NCBI GenBank assembly: GCA_052426225.1
Contig: JBNJNM010000013.1
Span: 248,001-312,000 of the forward strand
Direction of reading: 5' to 3'
From: Zancudomyces culisetae HAW-14-8
Lineage: Eukaryota; Fungi; Kickxellomycota
DNA: 64,000 bases
Below, piece after piece: positions 1-12,900 of this stretch. A program made the translations under genes and the position numbers. Each line of letters opens with the position of its first letter. The first letter of the stretch is position 1. The notes beneath the pieces are model-generated. The model had not been told where the DNA came from, did not search any database, and worked only from the letters and a program-made list of their open reading frames with translations.

Positions 1-900
1 GAAAAACACATACTCGCTTTTTTGTCCACCTTCCAATGTGCCTGTCCATTCTTGTTTACTGTCGAAATCTTCAAGTACCCACGGCCTTGCCTCCTCAATA
101 TTCAATCGTCGCTGTTGCTCATCTGCAAAATATATCTGTCGCGTTTTCTTTTTGAACAGCTGCTGTTTATTCCTGACACCTCCACCAAAAGGCGCTATTA
201 TTGAAGTGTCTGCTTTGCTCATTATTCCACCACCACTACTGTTGCCACCTTGCCCTGCTCCTGAACCCGATTCTACTACTACCAGTTTGTCATCTTTAAC
301 TTTCGAACCGTCTTCTAATCCTCCTGGCGTTCCAGCACTTGCATTCGTATTTGCGTTATGATTGGTACCGGCGTTGGTGTTGGTGTTCGTTCCTGTGGCC
401 AAGTCATTGTTCGCACCACCATTTCCTCCTTTAGCCGAATAGTTTGGGTTGGTATAACGCTCTTTGCGATGGAGTTTGACTGGTTTAGTAAACGTCTTTG
501 GATCTATTGTTTGTGCGCTCAAAAACCTCAACACATTATACGTCTTTTCGCGGGATGCAGATACCAGTCTATAGTCTGTAAAAGTCCTACTGTCTTTTAC
601 CTCCGCTTCTTTTAATGTCTCCTTCAATTGATTTTGTTGTTGTTGTTTCTGTCGTTGAAGATTTAGATATTTATCTCTTTTCATTTGCGCTGCTAGGGTT
701 AGCCCATCTTGTTCTGTCTCTTTATCGCTATTATGATTTTGGGTTTGATCGGCTTTTGCTCTAGCTGCTTCAAGAATTTGGGAACTCAACACAGAGCTCG
801 ATATACTAGTCGCTTGCACTTTTACTCGGGGGTCCAGCAGACGCGTTACTTTTTTGTTGAAGAAAAGATTGGGTTTTTTCTTTGGTTTGTTTTGCTCCAT
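1..900 (-). CDS. TFG1: Transcription initiation factor IIF alpha subunit (RAP74/Tfg1), 5' part; runs off the window edge
   Basis: Not in the ORF track. Open frame from ATG at 900: MEQNKPKK...FTDYRLVSASREKTYNVLRFLSAQTIDPKTFTKPVKLHRK...KKKTRQIYFADEQQRRLNIEEARPWVLEDFDSKQEWTGTLEGGQKSEYVFF. Matches fungal Tfg1 motifs PVxLHRK, KKTRQ and PWVxEDFD. Confidence 0.9.
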   Translation of the reverse strand, partial: MEQNKPKKKPNLFFNKKVTRLLDPRVKVQATSISSSVLSSQILEAARAKADQTQNHNSDKETEQDGLTLAAQMKRDKYLNLQRQKQQQQNQLKETLKEAEVKDSRTFTDYRLVSASREKTYNVLRFLSAQTIDPKTFTKPVKLHRKERYTNPNYSAKGGNGGANNDLATGTNTNTNAGTNHNANTNASAGTPGGLEDGSKVKDDKLVVVESGSGAGQGGNSSGGGIMSKADTSIIAPFGGGVRNKQQLFKKKTRQIYFADEQQRRLNIEEARPWVLEDFDSKQEWTGTLEGGQKSEYVFF

Positions 901-1447
901 CGCTACCACGTTGTTTTTCGCTTTGTTCAATAGATGCTCTGATTTATAATTAGTGGATTTTCCCTGCTTTCCCTCTTGACTGCGCAGTAAACTCTTCAAC
1001 ACCACTTTATTCTGTGTTTTTTAAAAAAAAAATTATTTTAATTATTATTGTTGCTATTGTGTTACCAAAACAGTTAGAGCAGAAATACCAAGATTAAAGT
1101 ATTTTTAACACCATTTTTTCTTTTTTGCAAGACAATTACTGAATTTGGTCCATAGGTGCGTTCCACACTATTTGTTTTTACCCAACGGTGCTGCGGATTT
1201 ATAATTAAAATCTTTGGGGTCTATTTAGCGATTTTTATATCCCGCAAAATATTAACCCGCAGTCTTAAACATTTAAAACTCATCATACCACTTTCACAAG
1301 TCTGTTAACAATTCAAAAAGTATAAATAGTTGTAGATTTCTCATTTAATCGAAACAACAGTTAGTCGTTAACTTAAGAAATATATATACTATAAGAGTTA
1401 AAGCATAAATAAAAGTTAGAAAAGTTGTAAAATCATAAATATAAACA

Positions 1448-4017
1448 ATGAGACGAAAGATTGCTTTTAGCAATAAGAAAAAGAAGGCACAGTTACTCGA
1501 AAAGAGAGCTAGAAAGCGTGCTGATAGAGAACAAGGTTAGCAGCGAGATTTCTACCAAACACCATGTACTGTTGCTCAGCAACACCTTCTATTTCTTTTT
1601 TTAAATTTACTCGTGTTGAGACTTTTGATAAATATATTTAGAACTCGATGCAGAGAGGAGATACTACGAAGAGCTTGAAGGAATTTCGAGGCCAGTAGCA
1701 AAGGAAGAGAATGAACTAAAAAATCAAGTCAAAGAATTGGACCATGCTAAAAATGCCCAATCTGAGAATAAAAAGTAAGACTTCTTATTAGCCTATCAAA
1801 CATGCTGCTTACTCTTATACACTTTTATTAACAATTATAGTAAGCTCACTTCACAGTTTGACAAGCTAACAAAGGATCAGCTTGAGGCCAACAAAAAACG
1901 GGCAATGGAGCCCCTAAAAAGAGGGGACAGTCTCAGCATGAAAAAGTTACTAGAGGTGCCAGCATTAGGTGAAGATGGTGGTTGGAGCAACGAAAATAGC
2001 GACGATCAAAGGGTTGTATTTATACCAGAGGTAGATATTCCGGTCCGACCACCCTGGGACTATGGCATGAGTAGAGAGCAGGTTGAAGAGAATGAACAAC
2101 GATATTTTACTGAATGGATGAAGAAAATCGAAGCGTTGAAGTTAGATGATAAAGTTAGTCTATTTGAAAAGAATATTGAGGTAAATTGAACAAATCACAT
2201 ACAATATTTGTGTTTATATTGTGGCGTAATGCCAAGATAATAAGTTAAAGAAAAACCTAAAATATGTGGTTAAAAATTGGATACATGAACATTTTCGATA
2301 GGTTTGGAGACAACTGTAAGTAGTATTTTAACATAGGATTATAGTTTTATCTAAGGTTGATATATATGGATAAATATATCTATAAATATATATGGATAAA
2401 TATATGCGAAAAAATAGATGGAGAGTGGTGGAAATAAGCGATATACTTTTGTTGGTGGTGGATATTAGACATCCACTGATGTTTTTACCCCCATCACTAT
2501 ACCGGTATATAGTGGTGACAAATAAGAAGCCATTAATAGTTGTGCTGAATAAAGTGGATCTAGTTTCAAGCGAAACTGAGTATGCATGGAAAAAGTATAT
2601 TGAGAAAGCATATCCAGGAACTTTGGTTGCCACTTTTTCGTGCTATAAGAATGACGTAAGTCAGGAAGTATTACGAGATGATGACATGGCTGGATTTAAG
2701 CGAAAAATCAAAAAACAGAGAAAGAGAGTGTTTGATAGGAGTAGAGTTGCAGGGTTATTCGAGAAATGCAAGCTAGTTAGCCCTAAGAAAGATACTGCAG
2801 TGGTGGAATGGGATTCATTGATTTCCAGATATAAAAACGACGAAGAATTGAGCGAGAGGGAAAATGGTTCTGAAGATGGAGAAAGTGAAGGTGCGTTCAA
2901 TTTGAACTCGGGTTCAAGGTCAGAATCAGGGTCAGGATCAGAAGTGGAATCGGATTCCGAATCGGAAGCGAAATCGGGGTCGGCATCAGAGCCAGAGTCG
3001 GATTCAGAATCGGAATCAGAGGCAGAAGTTGGTACCAAAGTCAACCCAAATAGTGGAGCAAACACAATTGTTGAAGATCGAAGGAATGATGATGTGATAC
3101 CAAATCCAAATTATATCACATTGGGGCTCGTAGGTGATCCAAATGTTGGGAAAAGCACCATTATCAACAGTATAATAGGAAAAACGGTGGTGAGTACCAG
3201 TCGGACACCTGGGCACACCAAGCACTTCCAAACAATTCATATTACACGCAATCTGCGGCTCTGTGATTGTCCAGGACTGGTGTTTCCATGCCGAGTTGAG
3301 CGACCACTGCAGATTTTGATGGGGCTATACAATATAGCACAGGTTCAGGAGCCATACACCGCCATTAATTATTTGGCCGAAAGAGTTCCAATTGAAAAAA
3401 TTCTGGGTCTACCGCTTGGGATGACAAGTGTTGGTGAAAGCGAAAATGAGAGAAACAATCATGAAAATGAGGTCCTATCTGCCTGGAATATTACTGAACA
3501 GTATGCAACAATGAGAAGATACTTTACAGCCAGAAATCCTAGGCCCGATTCGTACCGAGCTGGTATTGAAATCCTAAAGCTGGTGTTTGACGGAAGATTG
3601 TTGCTATCGTTCAAACCACCAGGGTTCTATACGGGCATAGGCTCTGGTGGCGATGACCAAGGTTTATATAAAAGAGGTACTGATAAAAACCAGGATAAAA
3701 CTGCTAGTACCACTGCTGTTTTGAACAGCACTGCTCAAGCAAATATCAGTGATAATATTGATTTTGTTGATCAAAGGCTCAGATCAGTAAACATATATGA
3801 TATTATGAGGGTTGAAGACGTTGATGGCAATGAAAGTGGTGATAGTAACAATGTTAGCAACGATGATTACATATCACATCCTCCCGACACTAAACCGAAA
3901 GATGAAGGTAACATCACTCCCGGAGAAAAAAACACGAAAAACAAGAGTGAAAGCAAAAGAAGTGGCAAAAAGACTAGTGGTTTTGTATCTAACAAGTTTG
4001 AATTATTAAACTCTTAA
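1448..4017 (+). CDS. GNL1: GNL1/Lsg1-family circularly permuted GTPase; exons 1448-1535, 1642-1774, 1841-2180, 2302-2315, 2418-4017
   Basis: N-terminus MRRKIAFSNKKKKAQL resembles GNL1. Four GT-AG introns keep the frame and rebuild FEKNIEVWRQLWRVVEISD. G4 NKVD precedes G1 GDPNVGKS, G2 SRTPGHTKHFQT and G3 DCPG. Confidence 0.9.
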
Positions 4018-4125
4018 CACACTTTTTTTTTGGAATAAAATCCTTAATTATCAACGCTTGTATAGTTAGCTATAGCAATAAACATTGATCATAACAGTAC
4101 CATTAATAGCTATACTCTAGGCCCA

Positions 4126-6202
4126 TCACAGGAGTTTATTTGCTTCCAGTATTTCAACCGCCTCATCAGAATAAAAACTACCGTTTTCCACCAATATATT
4201 CAACAACTTCTTGGCGCCTATTACATTTGGGTTGTTAATTCTGGAAAGCTCGTACTTTGCTAGTACCAAAATTCCAAAGCATGTATTCGTATCCAGCTGC
4301 TGCAATATCTGAGCAGTGTGATCCTGTTCGCTATAACCCATCTTAGTATCGATTGACATTTCATCAGAACAGTATTCGTTCAAATCAACCCCACATCCAA
4401 GTAGATGCAGTTTATAATTTTCAACACTTTTTTCGATATCCCCTTCCTCAAAATATAGCTTTGCAAGTTTACCATGAATACCTTCTTCAACTATTACCTG
4501 GTCATCGTATTGATTGCCACCCATGGTGGAGTTGATGTCCACATTAATCAATATCTGATTATAAAGACTAATTGCCTTGCTATAGTGTTTGATCTGTGTA
4601 TAACAATCAGCCAGACTGAGGTATGCTCTATGGTCGTCTCTTTTTTTCTGCGGCGGTATTGCATTGATAGCCTGGACAAAATAATATATCGAATAGTTGT
4701 ATAGCCTCAGATTCTGGAAAGCATTGCCCAATCCCATAAAACCCTTATACCTATCATTAGTACCTCCACCACACTCGCTCTCCAAACTCCTCCGATAACA
4801 TTTGATTGCCATTGGCGCATTTTTCACATTCAGGTATTCATGGCCCAGCAGAATCCAGGTGTTTCCACTATTTTTTGGCTCCAAGCGGATACTCTTTTCA
4901 AAATTCACTATTGCCTTTTCATGGTCTCTAATCAGGCTGTAGTAGTTTCCCACTACCACATATGTCTTTGGGTTGTACCTGTTGATACGCAGACATTTTT
5001 CTGCCAGTCGTGAAAGCCCCACCCTATCATTTAATAAATATAATACATTGGAGTACACATCTGCCTCCTCTTCCACCAAGGCGTTATCTCCGCTACCTAG
5101 GTACTCCATCTTTTCATATTCATGTTTACTTTCCTCCAATTCATAATCGTTATACATTTTCTTTGCTTGTAAGCTTATCACAAACGGACTTGTGGGAAGT
5201 ATGTTTTTCATTTGATCTATGTACTCTTCAACTTCTTTTTCTTTTTCGATATTTTGTACTCCTTGTGTCTGTTCGTCGATACTTCCATCCATATCTATCT
5301 CATCATTGGACTCTCCTTCTTGATGTTCACCAATACAGCTCTCATCAATATCAATCTTACCTTTTGACTCCAAAAGCCCCAAAAATCCTATTTTTGGGAT
5401 ACTGGTACGGCTTGGCAATTTGTCCTTTATTTGTTGGTAGCTTGTTCTGGTCGCTTCTACCACTTTCTCCAACATAACCCACGCACTCCAATTGTACTCA
5501 TACAAATTTATTGAGTTTATTAGACAGTCCAACGCCTCCTGATTCCGAGAAACTTTGTGTAACAATAAACCTTGTAAATAACACTCAAACCCATCAAAAT
5601 CATCATTGGTGTGAGGTCGGTTTATCATCTCTACACTTGCGAACCCATTTAACTCGTCTATAATATGTTGAATTTCAACGTTTTTTTCCTCTGTAGACAC
5701 AGCGTTTTCATACTCTTCCTTTTCTACCACCAGAACCTTTGAGTATAAATACAAGAATTTGCATTTTTTCGTTTTGGCATTTCTAAGTATTTCAATCGCT
5801 GTGTGATGATTTCTCAAGTCGAATTCGGCTTTACCAAGCAAATATTTCACCAATTCGCCCTTGTCCCCTTCTTCTTCTTCCTCTTGTTTGCCTGAATTCT
5901 TTTCGTCTTTTTCATTTATCTTTTCTTTTGTGCTTATCTCTCGTATATTCTTATGTTCATAATCAATTTCATGCAGGTTCTTATTCAAATGCAAATTATA
6001 AAGTTGCTCCGCAGCCCTATGATATCACATTTTAATCATTTGATTTTATTATCATTTTTTACTGCTCTCTTTTCTTATTTGCACATAAATAATTATTAGA
6101 ACCTGAATGAACTTACCATTTTGCCGCTCTAAACAGTCCACGTTCCGAGCACTTTGTGACAGCTATCTTTAAATTTCTCTCTTCGTTCTCAAATTCGATC
6201 AT
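4126..6202 (-). CDS. CDC23: Anaphase-promoting complex subunit 8 (Cdc23), TPR protein; exons 6202-6117 and 6016-4126
   Basis: Intron GTAAGT...ATAG (6116-6017) joins CSERGLFRAAKW-AAEQL. Cdc23 motifs YNWSAW, DVYSNVLY, VVGNYYSL and WILLGHEY present. Confidence 0.9.
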
Positions 6203-9200
6203 TTTATCTTATTGAAATCACTCTAATCAACTCGAATTATAATTTTTGTATACTTTAAAATACAGTTTATATTTGATTTAACCAATTATTTGGGGTAGAA
6301 AGTGGTAGATATACAAATAATTATTGATCAGATGAGTTATATATTTACACTAATGTTAATGATATATCATTTGTGTGGGTATTATTTGCAACCCAGAATT
6401 AAGAAACGGGCTTCAAGTTACCATTGATAAAAGAATAAATAAAAGATTATTTTATAGTTTAGTGCATTTGCTTTAAAGTCTATAGAATTATAATTCGAAA
6501 GATACGTACATTTGTACTCATAGTAGCTATTATCCTTTCATGTAATACCTATCGGACACCACTCCTCTTCTTCCTTCCTCCAACATAACCAGGTTTGTAA
6601 ACCAAAGTTGAAATATGGTATGCACACATACACATGCTAGCCCAGGTGGTTTTATGACAGTGATGACATTGAGTATGTTTTTTATGCCACCACAGCCTTT
6701 TCTCGTGTTTTAAAAATACGTATATCAAGAGGAGAAGAAATGAAAGACAATCGAAGTCAGATGCTATTAGGATAAGGTCATCTCTTAGCCCAAACCTGAA
6801 TCAAAAAAAAATTCAGTAACTTCAAAATACTATGTAATAGGTTGCATATCTCACTATATATTTAGCCATCCTTGTGTGGTATTGCAACTCAAATGGAAAG
6901 TATCCGTGTGTACAACCCTAACTTCTATATTTATCACTAGGTTAAAAGTTTAAATTAATATCTATGCATCCAAACATTTATATACATATATCTGACGTAA
7001 ACCTACTCTAAAGTAGTATTTTATTTGTTGTTGTTTTAAGGTCAAATATAGGCTGTCTTGTTTATGCTAGAAAAAGTACAGTGTGTATTTTTTCCTAGTA
7101 CACCATGGTAGTTTAAAGCAAAAATGATGTTCTGATACTAAATTTGTTCAATCCTGATTAAATCCCCAACTAAACTTGAACAATTTGGGAGGGTTGATGA
7201 TATAATACTAATCAAATATAAATTAAAAAAATACCTAGAGAAACGTGTAAACAAAAGATGTTACAGTAGTATAATTCTTTCGTTTCTTCTTGTAAACATA
7301 CAAGCAGTTTAATGGTCCAAGATATGACTATCCAAAAAAAGAAACAGAACCGTTGATGGAACATACCCAAGTGCTTTGTTTATTGTAAATAAACTCGAGT
7401 TGAGATAGTTGTGCTCAAGTCAATTAGTGTTTGCGACTTTTCCTGATCACAAAGAATGCACAAACTAGATGTATTACGTAATTCGTTCTATAAATAAACA
7501 ATCTTTTAAATAGAAAAAACGCTGTGAGCACAAAATTCTAAATAACTTCTAAAATAGATCAAGATTTGGAAAAGTGACAAAAATATAAACGAGACATCAC
7601 AATAAACTGCATAATTAGATTTCCATAGTCATCATCGATTACATCATTATGATCTAGCAAACATGAATACACCTTTCTTATGTTTTATCTTTGATCTTTG
7701 AGAAGAGACGGTGGCTTAAGCAAACTAAGCTTTATTAAAACAACAAATTGAACCAAAAAAAATCAGCGGCAGTTGTGGTGCAAAGGTATATGGGAGATGT
7801 AGTAATGGTATAATTTTCATCTAAAACAATTAGTGGTTTGGGACTCTAACTCACAACCACACAGCTGGTTTCATATGCACTTTTCAGAAACAGACTTCGG
7901 CTATTTCCTCATTTACGAGTAATTAAATTTCCAAACGCCTTGTATCTTTATACTAGTCTTTTTATAAAGGTCATTGAAACCCGTAACGGATACATGTATA
8001 TTGTATATTGTATATTATAGTATGTATTTTGTGTTACTTTTATTAGACTCTACCAGATGTTCACTGGTTAGTACAGAATTAAATCGGATTATTGCAACGA
8101 ATATAAACTGAGGTTTTATGTTATTCAAGATTGGCATAATACATGGGTTCCAGCGTTCTTTTATCGTTAATTGATGATTTAGTTATTTCCCAAAAGGAAA
8201 ACATGAAAAAAATAACTGAAAAAAAATAAGAAAACAAAAAAAAACACCAAAAAAAGGCGTAAAAAATTATATATTTAAAATAGTTGGATCTTTTTTCCTT
8301 TAGTTTTTTCCCTATTCCCGCAAATCGGGAATCTGATGAGCCTATAAAACCAGGGATTTTAAACCAACTTGTCTATTCACGTCATTGTTTACTTTTAAAA
8401 CATAACAAAACCTTTGATGTTTTTTTTGGTGGAGGGGGGGGGAGATTAGGAAGAATACCATTCATAGCTCCGAAATCTATTAAAATTCACGAAACGAAAG
8501 CACGAACAACAAAAAATTAAAAAAAAACAAAATTCACCAACCAGCCTATCAAGTATTGATATTGATTTACAATACCAAAAAAAGGTATACTTCAACTTTA
8601 AATAATGAGGCTACATAAAACGCTCAAAAGGCATATTCAAAGGGGAGAGGGAAAAATGACCAAAGACCAAGCTGATCCTTGTTGTTTCATTTCACCATCC
8701 TGGATATACCGATTTTTCTTTGAGTAGGCTTTACGACTGTTCGTCATAGTAAAGTGAATGTATGGGAGGGGGGGAGTATGTGAATTCAGATAAGAGCTGG
8801 GTACACTAAAAAAATAAAAAAGTAATAGTGTTTGTAACTTTGTAATATTAACAAAATACTCTTTGTACTTTCCTCTTGCACAATATTTTTACTATCAACT
8901 CAGCTATGTTTATTTTAAATTATTTAGATTTACCCAACAAATACTAAGCAAAAGTCTAGTTAATTGCAAATTCAACGTTAATTATATAATAAAATAAAGT
9001 CAACGTTACGAAAACGCGTTCAAAAAGGAGTTGCGCAAATTACTAGTAGCCAAAAAAAAAATACCAATTCTTATAACGTAAACAATGACGGCAACCAAGT
9101 TCACGTACAATTTAATTTGCGATTTATTTGTAATACAAGACTAGCCTTTTTCTTTCTATCCATTTGCTGGACGCTTGCAATAATCACAATAAAAAATGTC

Positions 9201-9969
9201 ATAAAGAGTAGTTTGAAAAAACGAAATACTTGGAAATAAATGGAATATTAGACGAGAATGTGGATTTAGTAAATGCGAAATGAAAACAAAAACAAAACAA
9301 AAACAAATACAGCAAATTTTAATCAATGGGGATTATGTTGGATGTTAGAATTGCGTGTTTCGTTTCGCTGCTCAATTTTTTTTCTTCAAAAAAGGATATA
9401 TAAATCCACTTTCATGTATAATGTTGAACAAAAGGGTAAAGGTCGTGATATAAAAACGCTTGTTTGTCTAAACTTTTTTCTTTATTTGGATAATAGAACA
9501 ATAGTGAAAACATTTATCGAGTTAAAACGAAGTGAAGAATTTAAAATTGTTAAATACCTTTTTTATTTATGTTTTTAGTGTTTTAAGTAAGGTCTGGATT
9601 AGGGTTATCTTTGATAAAGAACAAATTTTTTTTTGAGATATAGAACAAGAATCCTTACAAGAATAAGCATAACGTAGAAGGTACGATATCAAAAACAGTA
9701 AGAGTAGCAAGCAACTAAAATAAAGGAGAAGAGGAGAAATCAACTTACAATTTACAAGGTTTACAGCAACTAGGACAGCTTGTAACTACGCTAGTACTGT
9801 TTGTAGAATTGATAGTATACTTAATCCTTTTCATAAATTCTACAACTTTCATATGTTGACGCAGCACACAGTAGTATAGATAAGCGTCAACCTTTTAATC
9901 TATTAATTTATTTTGCAAAGCGCGAGCGTGTAAGAGTAAGTGAATACAACCACAATATAGAAAGAAACC

Positions 9970-12900
9970 ATGTTTTGTAGGAATTGTGGAAATATAGTGC
10001 GTGGCGAAAAGTGTCACAAGTGTGGAGGAAAACCTGTCGAATCAATAATTACATCAACAGCATTTGCAGCAGACAAGCGCGACCCTTGGTTAACTGGGTA
10101 TATGGAAAAAAAACTAGTAAATGACCAACAGAAAATGTCAAGGGATGTTTCTCCGAAAGAGATAAAAACTCGAAGTATAAGTTTTACCAATGATAGAAAT
10201 GGTGGTACGGGAAGATCTTTTAAAACTCAGAGCACAAGTTTTTCATTTTCATCAAAAAACGATGATGGCGGTGTCTTAGGAAAGCTTCAAATGTCACTCA
10301 AGTCGCCCACACCTAGAAAGTTTTCCACAAGCATCTCGGATCTGACTGTCAAGGAAAAAAGCTCTGTACCTTTTCCTCAGATAATAACACCAAACGAATA
10401 CACAGAGACTAGTGGTAGCAACAGGATTGGCATGCTTAATTCATCTGGTAGTACAAAAAAGGGCAGCTTCCACAGTATTGCACTTAGTGAAAGCGAAGCA
10501 AAGGGTAGGAGTATGAGCTCACTCACACATGATGTCTTTGGAATGATGCCTCAATCACCCATAGGCATTGAACATCCAAGAAGTGCATCACGACTATCTC
10601 AAAGGTCGTTTTCAGATACTGACCCAGACTCAAGACCATCATCACCCGTCAACAGTATTAATTTATTTAGGTTGAAGCAGAGCATGAACGCAAGTGGGAA
10701 TGACTTGACTCAAATTGGAGGATCAAGACCACCAAGCAGAAGAGAAGGTAGAACAGAGAGTTTTTCAGAAATGATGGAACGGATCAAAGGGGGACATGAT
10801 CCACTAGTGAGCAGCGGGGGGTTGAGGAGTAGAGTCGGAACCACCGAGTCCAAGTCTCGAGAAACTGTTACACCCACCGGTTTATCTCTACGGCAGAATA
10901 AGGCGAGCGGAGTGGTTGGCTCAACCAGTGTTAATAGTAATAAGCTAAAAGAAATTAGGAAAAACTTGGTTGAGGATTTTAAGCAGAGAATAGGGATGGT
11001 GCCAGACGAAACGGAAAAGAAGAATGTATCCACGCAGTATGAAGGCGTTTCTCGGGAGAAAAAAGACATAAGAATGTCACTTTTCCAAAACAACAAGTCA
11101 GAAAACACAGACAGATTTAACATGAAGGATACAAGAGATGTTGAGGTTGTTCCGAGAGGAAATACTTTGAGAGTTGTTTCTGATTTTTTGGAAACAAAAT
11201 CGCACGAAGGTGTTATGGGTGATGTAAAGAGAAACGATTATGTGCGCACAGCCGTTACATCCGCGAATATCAGACCACGCAACACAGAGGAGAAAGGTGT
11301 TGTTGGGGTAGCTACAACTGCTAAGGCTATTTCGACGCCCGAGGTACTTGGCGGTGTCGCTCCTGGTGCACCTCAAGTAGCAGAAATCGCAAATAATCAA
11401 CACCATACAAAGACTGGTATAAGTAGTACTGGGTTGGCTTCTTCTGTGGAGCACAAATCACCAATGGTGAAAAGTCATCTCAGAAATTCACTCCTTTTGC
11501 AGCTTGAAGCAATGTCCCAACTTAAACCATGTTCAGTCTGCCAAAAGAAATTGAAGTTTCAAGAGCAAAAAGAATTTGCGAGTAGACCAGGTGTATCATT
11601 TTGTTCAGATTGCTACAACAAGGAATTTACCAAGGGTGTTTGCCTAGGATGTAATAGGATTGTATTGACACACGGTAGACCATGGGTTGGTATTCTCAGT
11701 AATGTGTGGCATAAGCTTTGTATGAAATGTTCAGTATGCGGAATGCTCCTTTCTGGTAGTCTTTATACAGTTGTTGGAAGCAAGTTATTCTGCGATGAGC
11801 ACTCAAATGGCGGTGCAGCCACACTTATGTCTACGGGCTTGGAAACAAAGAATGTGCTTCATGATAACGCCATAATGAATAGAGACAATGGGAAAGAAAG
11901 AAAACCATTTGAATTCACCTTCAAAAAATCTACAGATACCCCCACTCTGCAATCAACAGAGTCGAATATTACAGGTACTTTGGAAGTTACTCAGCCTAGT
12001 CTCCGGAATGTGCTTGACATTTCAGACAAAACAGTCAAGGGCGATGTTAATAAGAACACAGAGCCAGCTGAGCTGGAAAATAGACAAATTCCTGCCTGCA
12101 ATGATACACAAGAAGGCGATAATAGTAGCTCCGAGTTGCTAGAGAGGGACCAAATTCAGCTACAGCAAACTGAGCCCCAAATCGAGCCGTTGGATGGCAA
12201 TGATGTAAATGATCCAATACCCGAGATAGTTGTTGAAGACGATAATAACTACGAAACCGATGATGTCACGCAATACGGAAGCCATAGCTCGACGCCTACA
12301 GACGAAATCAAAGCTATAGCACAAGAAGTCCTAGACGATTCGTTAAAAAAGGAATTGATTGATGGAGCGGATTCCGGACTTGGTTCTGACCAGCCTGAGA
12401 CCGAGCTAAAGAAATCAAGTAAAACGCGATTATCAATGGAATTTTTAGAAAGGAGTCATGATAATGGTATTTTGGATAGCAAGTCTAGTTTGAACAGACA
12501 TGAGTCTCAATTTTTATCAAATAATGACATTCTTGTTTATAAAACCGAAGCTGTAGTCCCAAACATCAGTAGCGCTACTTTGGCAGGAAATGCAGCCAAT
12601 GGGTCGTTGTCAAAAAAAATAGAGCTTCTAAAAGAGGATACCGAGGTTGTGAACTCGCTCAAGCATGGTCTACGGGCTCAGCTTGGTTCTAAGGGCACAA
12701 ATAAACCTGCATCACGACCAAACTCTATACTAGACTTGGTCAACAACATTGACTTGAACAGCAGTATTAGTGGCGGTGGTTCATTCTTCAGATCTAGAAA
12801 TAACATCAATAATGGCGTAGATGGACTCGAATTTGGAGACTCATTCCAAAAAAAGGCTGATATGTTCGGTGAAAACTTGGTAGGCTCACCAAATAAACCA

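Noticed and set aside
6203-9969. Short ORFs in the long intergenic region
   Set aside because: AT-rich, homopolymer-laden, with no motifs or supportable splice structure.
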